NCBI RefSeq assembly: GCF_031769215.1
Contig: NW_026783057.1
Span: 1-64,000, forward strand
Source: Ylistrum balloti
Lineage: Eukaryota
DNA length: 64,000 bases
Direction of reading: 5' to 3'
A program made the position numbers and the translations under genes. Positions 27,701 through 40,469 of this stretch are shown piece after piece. The notes below the pieces were generated by a model. That model did no database searches, was not told the DNA's origin, and saw only the letters and a list, made by a program, of their open reading frames with translations. Numbering within the stretch: position 1 is the first letter of the stretch; each line of letters begins with the position of its first letter.

Positions 27701-30434
27701 GAAAACGAATGGAAGAAACTGCAACGGTAAAGAATATTTTATTTGGAATATATTTCAGTTCAACACATTTCCTGAATACAAGTTTAAATTTCTGTAGATA
27801 ACTAACTCTTCTTATTAGCCCACCATCATCAGATGGTGGGGTATTCAAATCACCCTGCCATCCGTGGTCCGTCCGTCCGTAAACAGTTCTTGTTACCGCT
27901 ATTTCTGGAAAAGTACTGGATGGATCTTTCTCAAATTTCATATGCAGGTTCCCCTTGGTCCCTAGTTGTGCATTGTACCTTTTTTGAACTGATTCGCATT
28001 CAAGATGGCCGACAGGCAGCCATCTTGGATTTTGGAAGTAAAAGTTTGTTACTGCTATTTCTTGGAAAGTACTGGGTGGATCTTTCTTAAATTTCATATG
28101 CAGTTTCCCCTTTGGTTCCAAGTTGTGCATTGTACCTTTTTTTTGACTGATTTGAAATCAAGGTGGCCCACAGGCAGCCATCTTGGATGTCGACAGTAAT
28201 ACAGCACAAGCATATTGTCCATTATCCACCTGTAACTGACTGCTGTCTAATAATACTTTGGGATCTTTTTCAAAAGATATTTGCTAATAGGTGCTAAATA
28301 AAAATATCTTGTGCCATCATTGAGTACATTCAATGAAGACCAGTTCATGAACATTAACAACACCTGTAACAAACAAAAAAAAATAAACAAATCTTCAAGA
28401 ACTGAAAACAGATCCTCAAATGGTGGGCGCCAAGATCCCTCTGGTTGACTATATCATTTTGATCAATGCTCATTGTAAGAATTAGATTTTGAATGCATTT
28501 ATTCATTTAGAAACAGTATGGTAATAATGTATTTTGATCCATATTTTGTGTAGTATTTTTATCTACAAGTAGATGTTACTGGAGCAGTAAGAGAATTATA
28601 ACTTGATTGTAGTAAGTCCTAAGTGATTGAGAGTCCTGAGTGATCATGTGTAGTAAGTCCTGTGTGATCATGTGTTGTAAGTCCTGAGTGATCATGTGTA
28701 GTAAGTCATGAGTGATTGAGTGTAGTAAGTCCTGAGTGATTGAGTTAGTAAGTCCTAAGTGATCTTGTGTAGTAAGTCCTGTGTGATCATGTGTTGTAAG
28801 TCCTGAGTGATCATGTTTAGTAAGTCCTGAGTGATCATGTGTTGTAAGTTCTGAGTGATGGTGTGGAGTAAGTCCTGAGTGATCATGTGTAGTAAGTCCT
28901 TAGTGATTGAGAGTCTTGAGTGATCATGTGTAGTAAGTCCTGATTGATCGTGTGGAGTAAGTCCTGAGTGATCATGTGTAGCAAGTCCTGAGTGACCATG
29001 TGTAGTAAGTCCTGAGTGACCATGTGTAGTAAGTCCTTAGTGATCATGTGTAGTAAGTCCTGAGTGATCATGTGTTGTAAGTCCTAAGTGATGGTGTGGA
29101 GTAAGTCCTGAGTGATCATGTGTAGTAAGTCCTTAGTGATTGAGAGTCTTGAGTGATCATGTGAAGTAAATCCTGAGTGATTGAGTGTAGTAAGTCCTGA
29201 GTGATTGAGTGTAGTAAGTCCTGAGTGATTGAGTGTAGTAAGTCCTGAGTGATCATGTGTAGTAAGTCCAGAGTGATCATGTGTAGTAAATTCCTGAGTG
29301 ATCATGTGTAGTAAATCCTGAGTGATTGAGTGTAGTAAGTCCTGAGTGATCATGTGTAGTAAGTCCTGAATGATTGAGTGTAGTAAGTCCTGAGTGATTG
29401 AGTGTAGTAAGTCCTTAGTGATCATGTGTAGTAAGTCCTGAATGATTGAGTGTAGTAAGTCCTGAGTGATTGAGTGTAGTAAGTCCTGTGTGATGATGTG
29501 TAGTAAGCCCTGAGTGATCATGTGTTGTAAGTCCTGAGTGATCGTGTGGAGTAAGTCCTGTGTGATCATGTGTAGTAAGTCCAGAGTGATCATGTGTAGT
29601 AAATCCTGAGTGATTGAGTGTAGTAAGTCCTGAGTGATTGAGTGTAGTATGTCCTGAGTGATCGTTAAAAAGCTTATTTCTGACACAGATATTACCAATC
29701 ATCCAGTTGTATACCCATATTTACCAAAGGCTTTTGAGATTTACTTTAAAAATAAAAAAGGATCAAAAGATTTTTATCTTTTATTATGTCACAACAATAC
29801 ATTGTCTACAGGTAAACAAAAATGGAACACCATGTTTGAATACAGTGACGAAAAATGGAAACAAATATACAAATTGCCTTTTAAAGTAACAAAAAATACC
29901 AAATTACATTGGTTACAATATAGGATAAATCAGCATATTTTAACTACTAACACTTACCTATCAAAAATAGGGATAGAAAATAGTTCTTCCTGTTTCCAGT
30001 GTGGAACAGAACCAGAAACAATTATTCATGCCCTATGGGAATGTGAAAAAGTACAAAGATTTTTACAGAATTTTGAATATCTTGTGGACAGTCTTTCAAT
30101 TCCTTTTGCATATAATAAAGAATCCTTTTTATTTGGAATATTGAATAGGAACAATATCAATTTTGTAGTGGACAACACAATAATATTGATAATGAAACAG
30201 TACATCTATAGCTCTAGATGTTTAAAAACGGAATTATCTATTCATGGTCTCAAGAATCTAATTAAGGAAACATATTGTGTCCAGAAATTCATAGCTACTG
30301 GAAAAGGGAATCTGGTACTGGATGAGTTTAAAAAAGTATGGAGGAAATGGGAAAAGTTAATTGAGATAACTTAGCATCATAAATTTGTGTTTCTAGGATG
30401 TGGTTATACATTCCCAGGCAGCTCCCTCTTAATT

Positions 30435-30466
<32 letters not shown>

Positions 30467-33257
30467 CCTCTCTTTCTCCTTCTGAGATATATTCCTTTTA
30501 TGTAGTTATGTGTATTTGTTCTGTGTTTTTTGAGTGGGTGAAGTATGAGTGATAATAACATGTAAGAATGTTTGTATAGGTGTAGTATAGGTAAAGGATG
30601 AGTGAATATGTATACATAGTGGAAAAATGAGTGAACACATCCTTCAGGGGAGTTTGTATAGGTGTATGATATATATATGAAGAATTAGTGAAATGTAGTG
30701 TATGAAATAAGTGAATCAATCTTTTATGAGTGTTTTTGTTATATAAATGAGGTGCAGGTGAAATATGAGTGAATGTAGTATAGGTGAAGGATGAATGAAT
30801 ATATCCTATATAATAAATATACCAGTTGGGAGTGTTGTATAGATGAAATGAAGGTGATGTATGAATGTAGGTGTATGATGAGTGACTGAAAGAAGAAAAG
30901 CTGAATGGGATATAAAATATAAATGAGAAAGTGTGGTATGTTTATTGTCTTGCAATGTATCCTGTTTGAAGAAAAAAATAAAAAGTTACAAAAAAAAAGT
31001 CCTGAGTGATCATGTGTAGTAAATCCTTAGTGATTGTGTGTTATTAGCTCTGGATGATTGTGTGATGTAAGCTCGGTGATTGAGTGTATTAAGTCCTAAA
31101 TGATATAGTGTAGTACATCCTGAGTGAGGAGAAATCACACAATAACTGACTGACATCATGCTTCACACCTGTAACAGAAAGAGTGAGTGAAAAAACTCCC
31201 CTTGTCAGGCCACATACCCTACTTCTTTATTGGTATAACCCCTACAACAAAGTGGTATCCAACAAAGCAAATGTCCAAGAAAGAATTTTTTCTGAAAACT
31301 AGTAAAATTGAGTCGCACTTGAATAAATGATTTTACAGTTATTAAGTGTACTTTCCCACTACAAGCAGAAATTGACAGCTTTTTATTATATTTCAGGAAT
31401 TAGAGGAATTATTAGAAGAGGATAGACTGGCCGGTGTACCAGTTCTGATATTTGCCAATAAACAAGATTTGGGGACTGCACAGCATCCTGATGAAATCAG
31501 TGATGCATTACGACTTGACAGATTTCGTAACAGGCAATGGCATATCCAGGCATGTTCTGCCAAAAACAATGAAGGTTTGGAGGTAGGTTTTCCAACTCTG
31601 TGATTTGGTGTAAATAAGGAATACCAGATTTTATGTAAGTCACATTGATAACAAAGAGCCACATAGACCAGGAGCCCCTTGATTGGCTGTTTATATGTAC
31701 CTATAAACAGACATATAGTTATATACATATGTGTGTGTTAACATATATATATGATAAATATAAGTAATTACAACAGTAGGCACAAGTAAAATGTCAAATT
31801 TTGGGGCAATCTGACCCTTAATTAAGACACAAAATATTACATATATTACATCGCATACATAGAACATAAAACAAAGTTACAATCTATTATTGATAATAAT
31901 AATGTAAAGAGTATTGATAATCCCTTGATCTGATGGATGCCAAAAGCCTTTTATAAGGACTTCAGACTTAAAAAAACATCTTCATGTGGTGTTTGAAAGA
32001 TGGTGAATATTTATCAACTTTGAGATTAATCATTTCAGTGCTGTGTGTGTGGTAGCCAAAAATAAGATATTTTATGTAAAGATTTTAACAAATGTATGTA
32101 TATTTAGAATGAAAAACATTTTGGATTAAAATCACCAGCACAAAAAAAGAATCTTTGAAAAATCTTTTGAATAAACAAGTTGATGGATGTTTAAGTAACA
32201 AGGTGCTGATATTAAGGTCTGATTGGCTGACATCGCCAGACACAATATTTTGCTGAAGGAATCATCTGATCTAAAGGAGATTTACTCAGTACACTTATTT
32301 CTCAGATCCTTTGAGCAGGTTGTTTGTTAATCAAGTTCTGTACATGTTTAATGAGGCTGCTATGATCTGATATTCTGATTGCATTCTTTACAATATCTTT
32401 TGAAGTATTGATAGATTACATGATGATTACACAGTGTAATAATTTAACTTCTTTTATGTTCTTAGATTGAGAAACTAAAGATAATTTGATGATAATACAA
32501 TTATATTTTAAGGTTGGCAAATTAAAGATAATATAATTAGATTTTTGGATTGGCAAATTAAAGACAGTACAATTACATTTTTGGGTTGGCAAATTAAAGA
32601 TAATCCCAGAACCAAGAAGGCCAACATTTTGACACAAGTCACTGTGATAAGTAGATTTGCAATAGGGTCTTATATCTATTATTCAGTCCATTTAGAAATA
32701 AATTGGTACTTCTATATTGTAACACTTTGGTTGACCTCAATATTAAGGTCAGACACATAGCTGGTTCCATTTGTAACTACCCAGTAGTCAAGGTTAATGA
32801 TTCCGTACCAAAACTACTTGCTAGGAATTTATATCAGCTGCATCTGAAATTTAATTTGGTCGTATGTTGTTACCTTTGAGTTTTTTGTACAGAAGTATTT
32901 TCCATTTCAATGTTTCCAAAGGCCAAAAAAAAGTACACTGTTATTTTATAAAATATTTTAAAATTATGCTGGTATAAATTAATTACATGTTCAAGTTTGA
33001 GTTTATGTCAGATCTGGCAAGAGGCTCATTGGGCTTGTATTGATCAGCTGGTATTTTAACATAGAATAGAAGTTCATTCAACACAATTTCTGTGGTTTCA
33101 CATGATATTAACATCATGGTTGTTAGTGGGACAAAACAGATTTCAAACACTGTGAATATTGTTGATCTTAATGTAATGCTTTTCAGAAATATTTGTTGTA
33201 GAATAAACAGAACATTTCGTCTTTTCACAGGAAGGTGTTTTATGGTTCCAAACTAAG
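21722..33257 (+). CDS. ARL3: ADP-ribosylation factor-like GTPase 3, 177 aa, 6 coding exons
   Basis: Exons: 21722-21724 (ATG only), 25529-25672, 26685-26807, 27676-27726, 31397-31582, 33231-33257. All phase 0, GT-AG, 534 nt. [12 protein letters not shown]-terminus, [10 protein letters not shown]-loop, [36 protein letters not shown]. Confidence 0.92.
22833..24574 (+). mobile_element. 5'-truncated non-LTR retrotransposon (L2/CR1 group) in ARL3 intron 1
   Basis: Uninterrupted ORF to 24348 with RT motifs QGSIISP, TQADD and a C-terminal CxxC...H...C. AATAAA followed by a (GAAT)n tail. 9-bp TSD AATAGAAAC at 22824-22832 and 24575-24583. Confidence 0.88.
27812..28195 (-). mobile_element. HINE/Helentron-like element
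   Basis: Hairpin CCCACCATC-ATCA-GATGGTGGG, a GTCC microsatellite and two ~165-bp internal repeats. Confidence 0.55.
28605..29663. repeat. 24-bp minisatellite, about 44 copies, in ARL3 intron 4; remnant continues at 30999-31120
   Basis: Unit GAGTGATCATGTGTAGTAAGTCCT. Split by a LINE insertion. Confidence 0.93.
29664..30998 (+). mobile_element. 5'-truncated L1/Tx1-group LINE (ORF2 C-terminus, 3'UTR, polyA)
   Basis: Stop-free ORF to 30374 with [14 protein letters not shown] and zinc knuckle CFQC-x8-H-x4-C. The 3'UTR has (CT)n, AATAAA at 30977-30982 and A10 at 30989-30998. Flanked by GTCCTGAGTGATC on both sides (29651-29663, 30999-31011). Confidence 0.88.
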
Positions 33258-33780
33258 GCACTCAAAGGTCGTAAGAAGTAGTTCCAACATGGACCAGTTA
33301 TCACCAAGAAATAAGGAATGACTGATATGTCAGGAATTTACTCACTATTGTAATGCTATAATGGACCCAGTCACATCTCATCTTGGACATGACATATTCA
33401 GTGAGAGTACGCAACATTCTACATGAGTGGGATGCTAGTTCTTAAATGGTAATCCACATATCATCGCAGCTCACTTTTGAGTGGACCGAAGCATTGAGAG
33501 CATTGACCTTACAATACATGATTACAACATATCACAGACTGTTGTAAGAGCAGTGTTACACTGCTAATTTGGTGGTTCATACATGGTCTTTTGTTTTCTT
33601 TTCCTCGTGTATTCCTAGCTTTTTACTTTTGAATACAAACTTATTTTCAACTCGGTAGACATTTTTAAAATTCGATCATTTGATATAAAAAGAATCCTTT
33701 TAGTTTGTTTAGAAGTGGCATTGGAGCCAAATCAACATTAGCCATAAACACTACTTACTGTTATCCAGCTGAGGTTGACT

Positions 33781-34690
33781 TTTTAGGTCATCTGACCCAA
33801 AGGGTCAAGATGACCTATTGTTATCATTCATCGTCGTGCGGTGTTGGCCAGTTGCCATTCACAAACTTTTCTTTTAAATCACTACTCCTGCTTAACTCCG
33901 CAAAAGGATAGTAAGACAGTAATTTGCTTCAGAATGCTACTATTCCTTAATGCATGAATGGCATTCATTCAATTTGGTTGAAACATCAGTGGAGTTAGGG
34001 AATTAATTCTTCAATTCAAAAAATTAATTAGTTAAGGACTTGGGGCAGGGCCCCAAATGGGGATGTTAGTTAATATTTTGCCTCAAAATGCTACTTTTCC
34101 TTAACGTTTGAATGGATTTAAACCAAATAGGGTCTGAAATGTCATTGTGGGTGGGAAATCATATATGTTTCTTAAATTCAGGATGTTGACTGGACCCTTA
34201 GACACTTGGGGCAGAGCCCCAAATGAGGAAGTTATGCAGTATTTTGCTTCAATATGATGCTCTTCCTTAATGCTTAAATGAATTTCATTCAGATTTGGTC
34301 TTGAACTTCATTTCTTAAACTCAGAAAGTTGATTTGACCCTAAGGGACTTGGGTCATAGGGACAGGTCCCACATGGGGAAATTAGGCAATATTTTGCTCC
34401 AAAATGCTACACCTTCTGCATACCCGAATAGATTTCATCCAAATTTTGCCTGAAACATTTTCATTCACACCACTGAGAAAAATAGTTGGAGTTTGTTTTG
34501 TTAAGGAAAAGAAAGAGATGGTACATGTTGTTATTTTTCAGCCTGATCAAAACTTCAGCATGGTAACCACAGTAGGAATGTTCCAAATTTGAATTTATCA
34601 GATTGGTCAGACCACCATCTGCAAATTCTGTGGTTTGTCGATCAGTTCATTGATTGTCAGATGACCGTTAAGGGCCATTGCTCTCTTGTT
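33781..34690 (-). mobile_element. Near-complete HINE/Helentron-like element downstream of the ARL3 stop
   Basis: Terminal hairpin AGGTCATC-T-GACCC-AAA-GGGTC-AA-GATGACCT, several internal ~150-160 bp repeats (reverse of the 13-14 kb family), other end ...CTCTCTTGTT (AACAAGAG on minus). Confidence 0.6.
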
Positions 34691-37600
34691 ACAAATTGTC
34701 ATCATTATTTTGGATTTAAAATATTATTCATGCTGAAAAGACTGATTTTTTCTTCGTTTTAGTTTACCGTCTAAATCATTATGATACATTATTTTAGCAC
34801 TTTTTGTGAATCGATTTAGGAAAATATCCTTTCTTTTGTAGACATGTTTATCATAATTTCATTTCTCAAATCACTAGCTTTGGATTCTTATCTGAGTAAA
34901 AGTATCAGAAGGTTGTAAAGTTTGCCATCTATATCATCAGTCTACATACATTCAATATTCAATGTATCACGAGACATTGATATCAATAACCTCCACTAAT
35001 TCCTTGATATCTCTCTTTCTTATGGTACTGATATATCTAAAAATTATGTTAATCATGATAGTAAGTTTATCATTTTGCAACTGAAGAAGTTAGTACTTTA
35101 CATTTTTTAAATGTTGATGTTAAAAAAACTACAATAGAATATATCAAAGTGCTCTGTTAAATTCCAGTGTTTCAAATCTGTTTTTGCCCTTTGTCCAAAT
35201 TGAAGTCATTTACAACCTATCATTACAAATCTCAAACAGCTGTTGTTGCCAGTGATCACAATATTGAATATCAGATATTTAAGCATGTTATCAGAACTGA
35301 GAATGCTAAAATAGCTTATCTAAATTTGACTTTATCCTTTAACATATAACATTGAGAGTGTGTTTCAGGTACAAAAACTTGTTAATTTTAGTGAATGCAT
35401 AATTGTTTGAACTGTATGCTGTATAAGCCAACACACAGATATAATCATGAAATCATGTTAGTGTGGTTGAGTTTAAAAAAACGTTAAAGACTTGATACTA
35501 TTTGGTATTTGACTTTGTATTTATTTTGTCAATTTGTTCTCCATTGTTTGTTCAAGTGTGTGAGTGACAACAATTATAACTACATGTACACCTTTATCAG
35601 TACTTCTCTGCTTTCATCGGTAAATTTAAATTTTGTCATTTATTTAAGTGTGAAAGATGTACTAAGATTTATTGTAACCTTGTATTTAACAAATCGAAAG
35701 CCCATATTTTTTCCTTACAATTTTTGGTGAGAAACCATTATATATGGTAATTAATGCCTAATTAATCACAGGCCTGTGTATCTTGTTATTATGATGCCAC
35801 ATGAGATGTATGAAGGGAACATTGTTATTTATCATGTTGTGGTGAAAATGTCCGTCCAGTTGTTTATATAACATATCTCTGTACCATGTGTCTTTTTCTC
35901 ACTTTTTAATTTCCAGGTTATGTATATACTCATTTTAACTGTGGAAACAATTGTTTGACTTAGATTTATAGGAATTTTACAGAGGAAAGATGTGCAAAGG
36001 ATTAATAGAAACTTTCATACCTTTGAAATAGGGGTCTCAAATCAAGGGGAAAGATTATAGAGTTAAAAAATAAATGTCAAGCTTGCTGGATGTTTGCAAC
36101 ATAATAATCTTTTCCCAAGAGTACAGATTTCCCTACCTTGCCAACTTTTGGGTGGATGATTTTTTTTTCTCTTACCCTGCTGGCCTTCTAAGGTATCATT
36201 TCATTGTCCCAATGCTTTGTATTGTTATTATATTATCAATATAAAAGGGGATTCCCCTACTATCAACCCTAGGGCGAGACAAAGAAATCAGACTCAAATA
36301 AAAGCAGCGATAAATCTGTCTGTGTAAGAGAAATTGAAATCTCTTTTTGGAATGTAACACATCATGACTGGGTATACTCGGTTGAAGATCTGCATATTTA
36401 TTTACACATTAAATATATATATTGTTTGCACTCACAGCATGTGAATTTGAATTACTGAGGACATAATGTCTGTCAGAAAGCATATTCTGAAATATCGAGC
36501 CAATTTTGTATTGGTCTAAGGTGAGAAATGGTTGTGATACTCTAAGCAAAGCTAACACACATATTTATCACAGAATACGTTTTGACATCAGGTGCAATGT
36601 TAACAGGTTTATTGATTTAGAATGAACTAACTTGTAACAGGAAAAAATTTGTTTTAAAAAAATTTTGATAATGTTTTCTCCCTAAGACTACTAAGTTGTA
36701 ACATACCTTATAAGGAAATAAAATCATTTAAAAGAAGACAAATTTATAGTTTTTTATTGTTTATTTTATTAGCAAAGTCTAAAGGGTGCTTATGCTCTAC
36801 CCCTGTAATCAAGGTCTCCAATCAGGTCAAGTCGTATCAAAATTAAATTTATTACAAGTGGTAATCAACCTAACTTGCATTGCCAATGTATTGATGATGT
36901 GGTATGACCACAGCTAAATTTGACTTCTTATAACTGTATCTTTTTTGGTACATTTTTGTACTGGGGTACATTCTCATTATGTCTTTTCAGTAAATGGTGG
37001 TACATATATATGGTGGTGAACTATTCTATTGAGTATTTTGTGGAAAAATATTTCCAAATAAAAGAAGAAATGTACAGAGGACAAAATCATCAAATATGAT
37101 CAAATCTCTGGTTGACAATATCTTGCTCAAATTTGGCAGTACACTTGAGCTGGAAATCAAATACACCACAGGCCCAACTACATCAGGCCTCTTACTTCAA
37201 TCTTATTTTAAATTTTACTACAAAGAAACAAAGAGTGATAGCTACTGAGCTCTGAAAATACTGTGAACTGTATGAAAATTTTAAGCATTGTAGGATGACA
37301 ATGGCAACAAGCTTAAAAGTAAGTTAATGTAAATTTATTATGTATTGTTGACCAGTTTTGCCCAGAAATGTGGCTTCCTTAGGACACTCAAGTAAGAAAA
37401 TTTTCTCTTAAAGTACCGAAAAGGATTGCCTAATTTTGAATACTGAAATAAATTCCTATTTACTTACTCCAAGCATGTTGCGATTGTCATCATACTTAAC
37501 CGGTCCCTGTTTTCCAACCGCTCTGCATACCAGGTAGGTATCCAAGCAAGGAGTCACTTGAATATCCTGAACCAGTATGAAAACAATGGCTTTGGCTCCA

Positions 37601-38169
37601 TTTCTTTGGTTATATGCTTAGTTGTCTATTACGGAACCCCTGCATCTACTATGGATCCGCAGAAGGAACAACCGAGTTGAATTGGACCATTTCTTACAAA
37701 CGAACATGACCGAGAAAGACACTAACAGTTTATCATTCAGATTCCCAACTAGTAACGACAAGGAGAACTATAGCCAAGGACTAACAAGGTAACACAAAGC
37801 CAGACATTCCCCATGCCCTCCTATTTAAAATAAATACACATAACCATATATATGTATAATGTTAATATTAGAAAAAGTTTATTTTTTTATTTGTTATTTT
37901 TACTTTACCCATACAAAGTATTTAAATGGAGAACGTCTACTAGAGTACTAGCTTGATGCTTGTACAAAGGTTTGATTACTGGGTAATAACCTTGAATAAT
38001 CTAAGAGGCCTACCTGTTTCCATGGTAACAGAAAAATTATTTAAAAGGAGAACTTCTCCATAGCAAAAGATACTTACTAGCTTAGTATGTGTTAAAAGTT
38101 TTGAGCACTAGTTCGGCAAGACTGTGACCCCCTTTATCAACGTCACAATATTTGTTTTCCCAAATTTTG

Positions 38170-38560
38170 AGTAACAAAAATGTCCTGAACCAGTATGAAA
38201 GCAACCACATTGACTCCAATTCTTGGGTTGTAAAATTAAAACATGATTTTAATTTCCTAATAGTGAATTTACATCATTTCTGGACAGCAAAAGTCTTGCT
38301 TCTTCAGCCTATAGTGTTTACATGTCGCAGTTTATTCAATATTCAAGGGCTTGTTCTCAATATGATGATTTTGGTCCAAATTAAATATGTTGACAACTGT
38401 CACATAAATTCACAACACAGGGTTTATCAAGAGATGCTGGATACGTTGTTCATAATGGATTGACAAAGATTTTTCTAGTGGATTGCTGATGAAGCAGAAG
38501 ACGTTTACCCTTCTGGAACACCTGGTCTTATTTTACATATAAAGTGTAGTACTTTTGCAG
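38170..38560 (+). mobile_element. Degenerate Penelope-like RT C-terminal fragment
   Basis: Frameshifted pieces KHDFNFLIVNL and SKSLASSAYSVYMSQFIQYSRACSQYDDF resemble the RT thumb region of molluscan PLEs. A related 22-bp motif recurs at about 37561. Confidence 0.5.
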
Positions 38561-38989
38561 GTGTCTCCATGCAAATCATGATGCTCATATCTTTTCTAGT
38601 TTCATTAACTTTGAGGTTGAGTTAAGATTCTGTCAACATATTGTTACTTCCTTTGGTGTTTTTGATCAGGGAAATACAACAGATAGAAGTCTGTCTACAT
38701 CTCTTTGTTACCATTTTGTCATTTTTCTGTAAAAGTGCATAATACTTTTTTTTATTTTTTTTTTAAAGTCAGTGGTGGAAAACTGTGCTCAGTAAAACAC
38801 AACATCTGTTGAAAACTTAATGAGAAAACATGCAGAAAAAATTTAACTTTCCCAAATTTGTAAACTGCAAATGCACTTCAGGAAAACACATTTTTCATGA
38901 CATGGTGATTAAGCCTACCCAGCTTGTTGACAACTGAGACAGGAAATTTCTGTATTTATTCTGTATTTATATATTTATATGATGAATAA

Positions 38990-39215
38990 ACAAGAGGCAG
39001 TAACTCTGACGGCCTCCTGGAATGTGCAAGAGCATGTTTTTGGGAGGCTGTGATATGTAGGATTCAGTCTCCATGTATCTTGAGATCTTCACACAACTTC
39101 ATGTCAAGGTGATTGAAAATGGTCAGTTGAATAGTATGGAAAAAACATCTCTTGGCAACCAGAGGTTTAAGACAGCCATCTCCTGTCAAAATTTTTGACA
39201 GGCATATGAAAAAAC
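38990..39215 (+). mobile_element. Short HINE-like remnant
   Basis: AACAAGAGGC start and perfect hairpin CCTGTCAAAA-T-TTTTGACAGG at 39182-39202. Confidence 0.35.
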
Positions 39216-40469
39216 ATCACTAGAACCCAGGGAAAGAACTTTGTTCTGTTCCATTGAAAAATTCCTTAATCTTTTTATGAGAAGCTGCAGTGATAAGCTT
39301 AAAAAACACAACATGGACATAATATTGTAATACCATTATTTTTTGTAGGGAAATTTATTTTTGCTGAAATGGTGGGTACTCTGAATTTATATTTCCACAA
39401 AATAATCAACTGATGAAAGTTAACATGGATTACAGTACTAGCAGATTTCAGGAAAACCACGCCACATAAATTCAAATCATTCTTAAAAATCAATAATAAA
39501 AAGCTTGTCAAGTCAGTAGTATAAATCTGATAAAATCCAGAACATAGCAGGCACATGTACAACAAAAATCATTAAAAACATATACAAAATGTGTATATTG
39601 ATATGTAATTTGATGCTTTTTGATATTTGCATTTTGTTATGGGTGAGTGTGCATGTGTTTCGTCTGGTAAATGTATTGTGATGAAAAATATTCAATCAAT
39701 AATCTAGCAAAAAAAAATACAAATTTATTTCACTTCAAAAATCCCTAAGTAGTTGTCATGTCATCAATCACTAAATGTGAAATGCACAACAAGGATCCAT
39801 GAAAATGTCTTTCTTTAGAAATGTAAGTTACTGGAAACACCGTAAAAATCTACCAGTTGGCAAAATTTGAAATTTTAACCTTGATTTCATCTTATCCCGT
39901 TTTTGTTCTCAAGAAGTTGTTGTTTAGATGGAGATGCACAATGTTAGAGGAATACTTGTTTTAACAAATGTCAGTCATATTTGTCCAAGACATGTACTCT
40001 ATATAGATATTTCTGGGAATGAGGTAGCTTTGACCTTGCATGTGTGTTTCAGCATCTTTCAAAGACATACCATATTTATCTGGCAATAAGCCCATGCCTG
40101 GTAACAGACCGACCTATATATATCACTGTTCAGTATGATAATGAAATAATGCTATTTCACGGTTTTGTAATCAGTCTATCCCCTGACTCTGAATATGAAT
40201 AAATTATTTCCCCTACCCTATATCTAAAGTACTGCGGGACATATATCTAGTATATGTTTATAATGTCTTTAATAGATAACATGGAACAGATTGATGGTTC
40301 ACCAAACAAATACCAGCTTTAACTAACAGACAAAAAAGGCACAAAGCAGTTGTTTTTAATCAAAGTGTTTATATTTACTAGGAAATGCTATCTACATGGT
40401 TCAATTGAAACAGGGTCAAATGTCATACATAAAGCCCTCCAACAAAAACACAATTTTTACCCATTTTTT

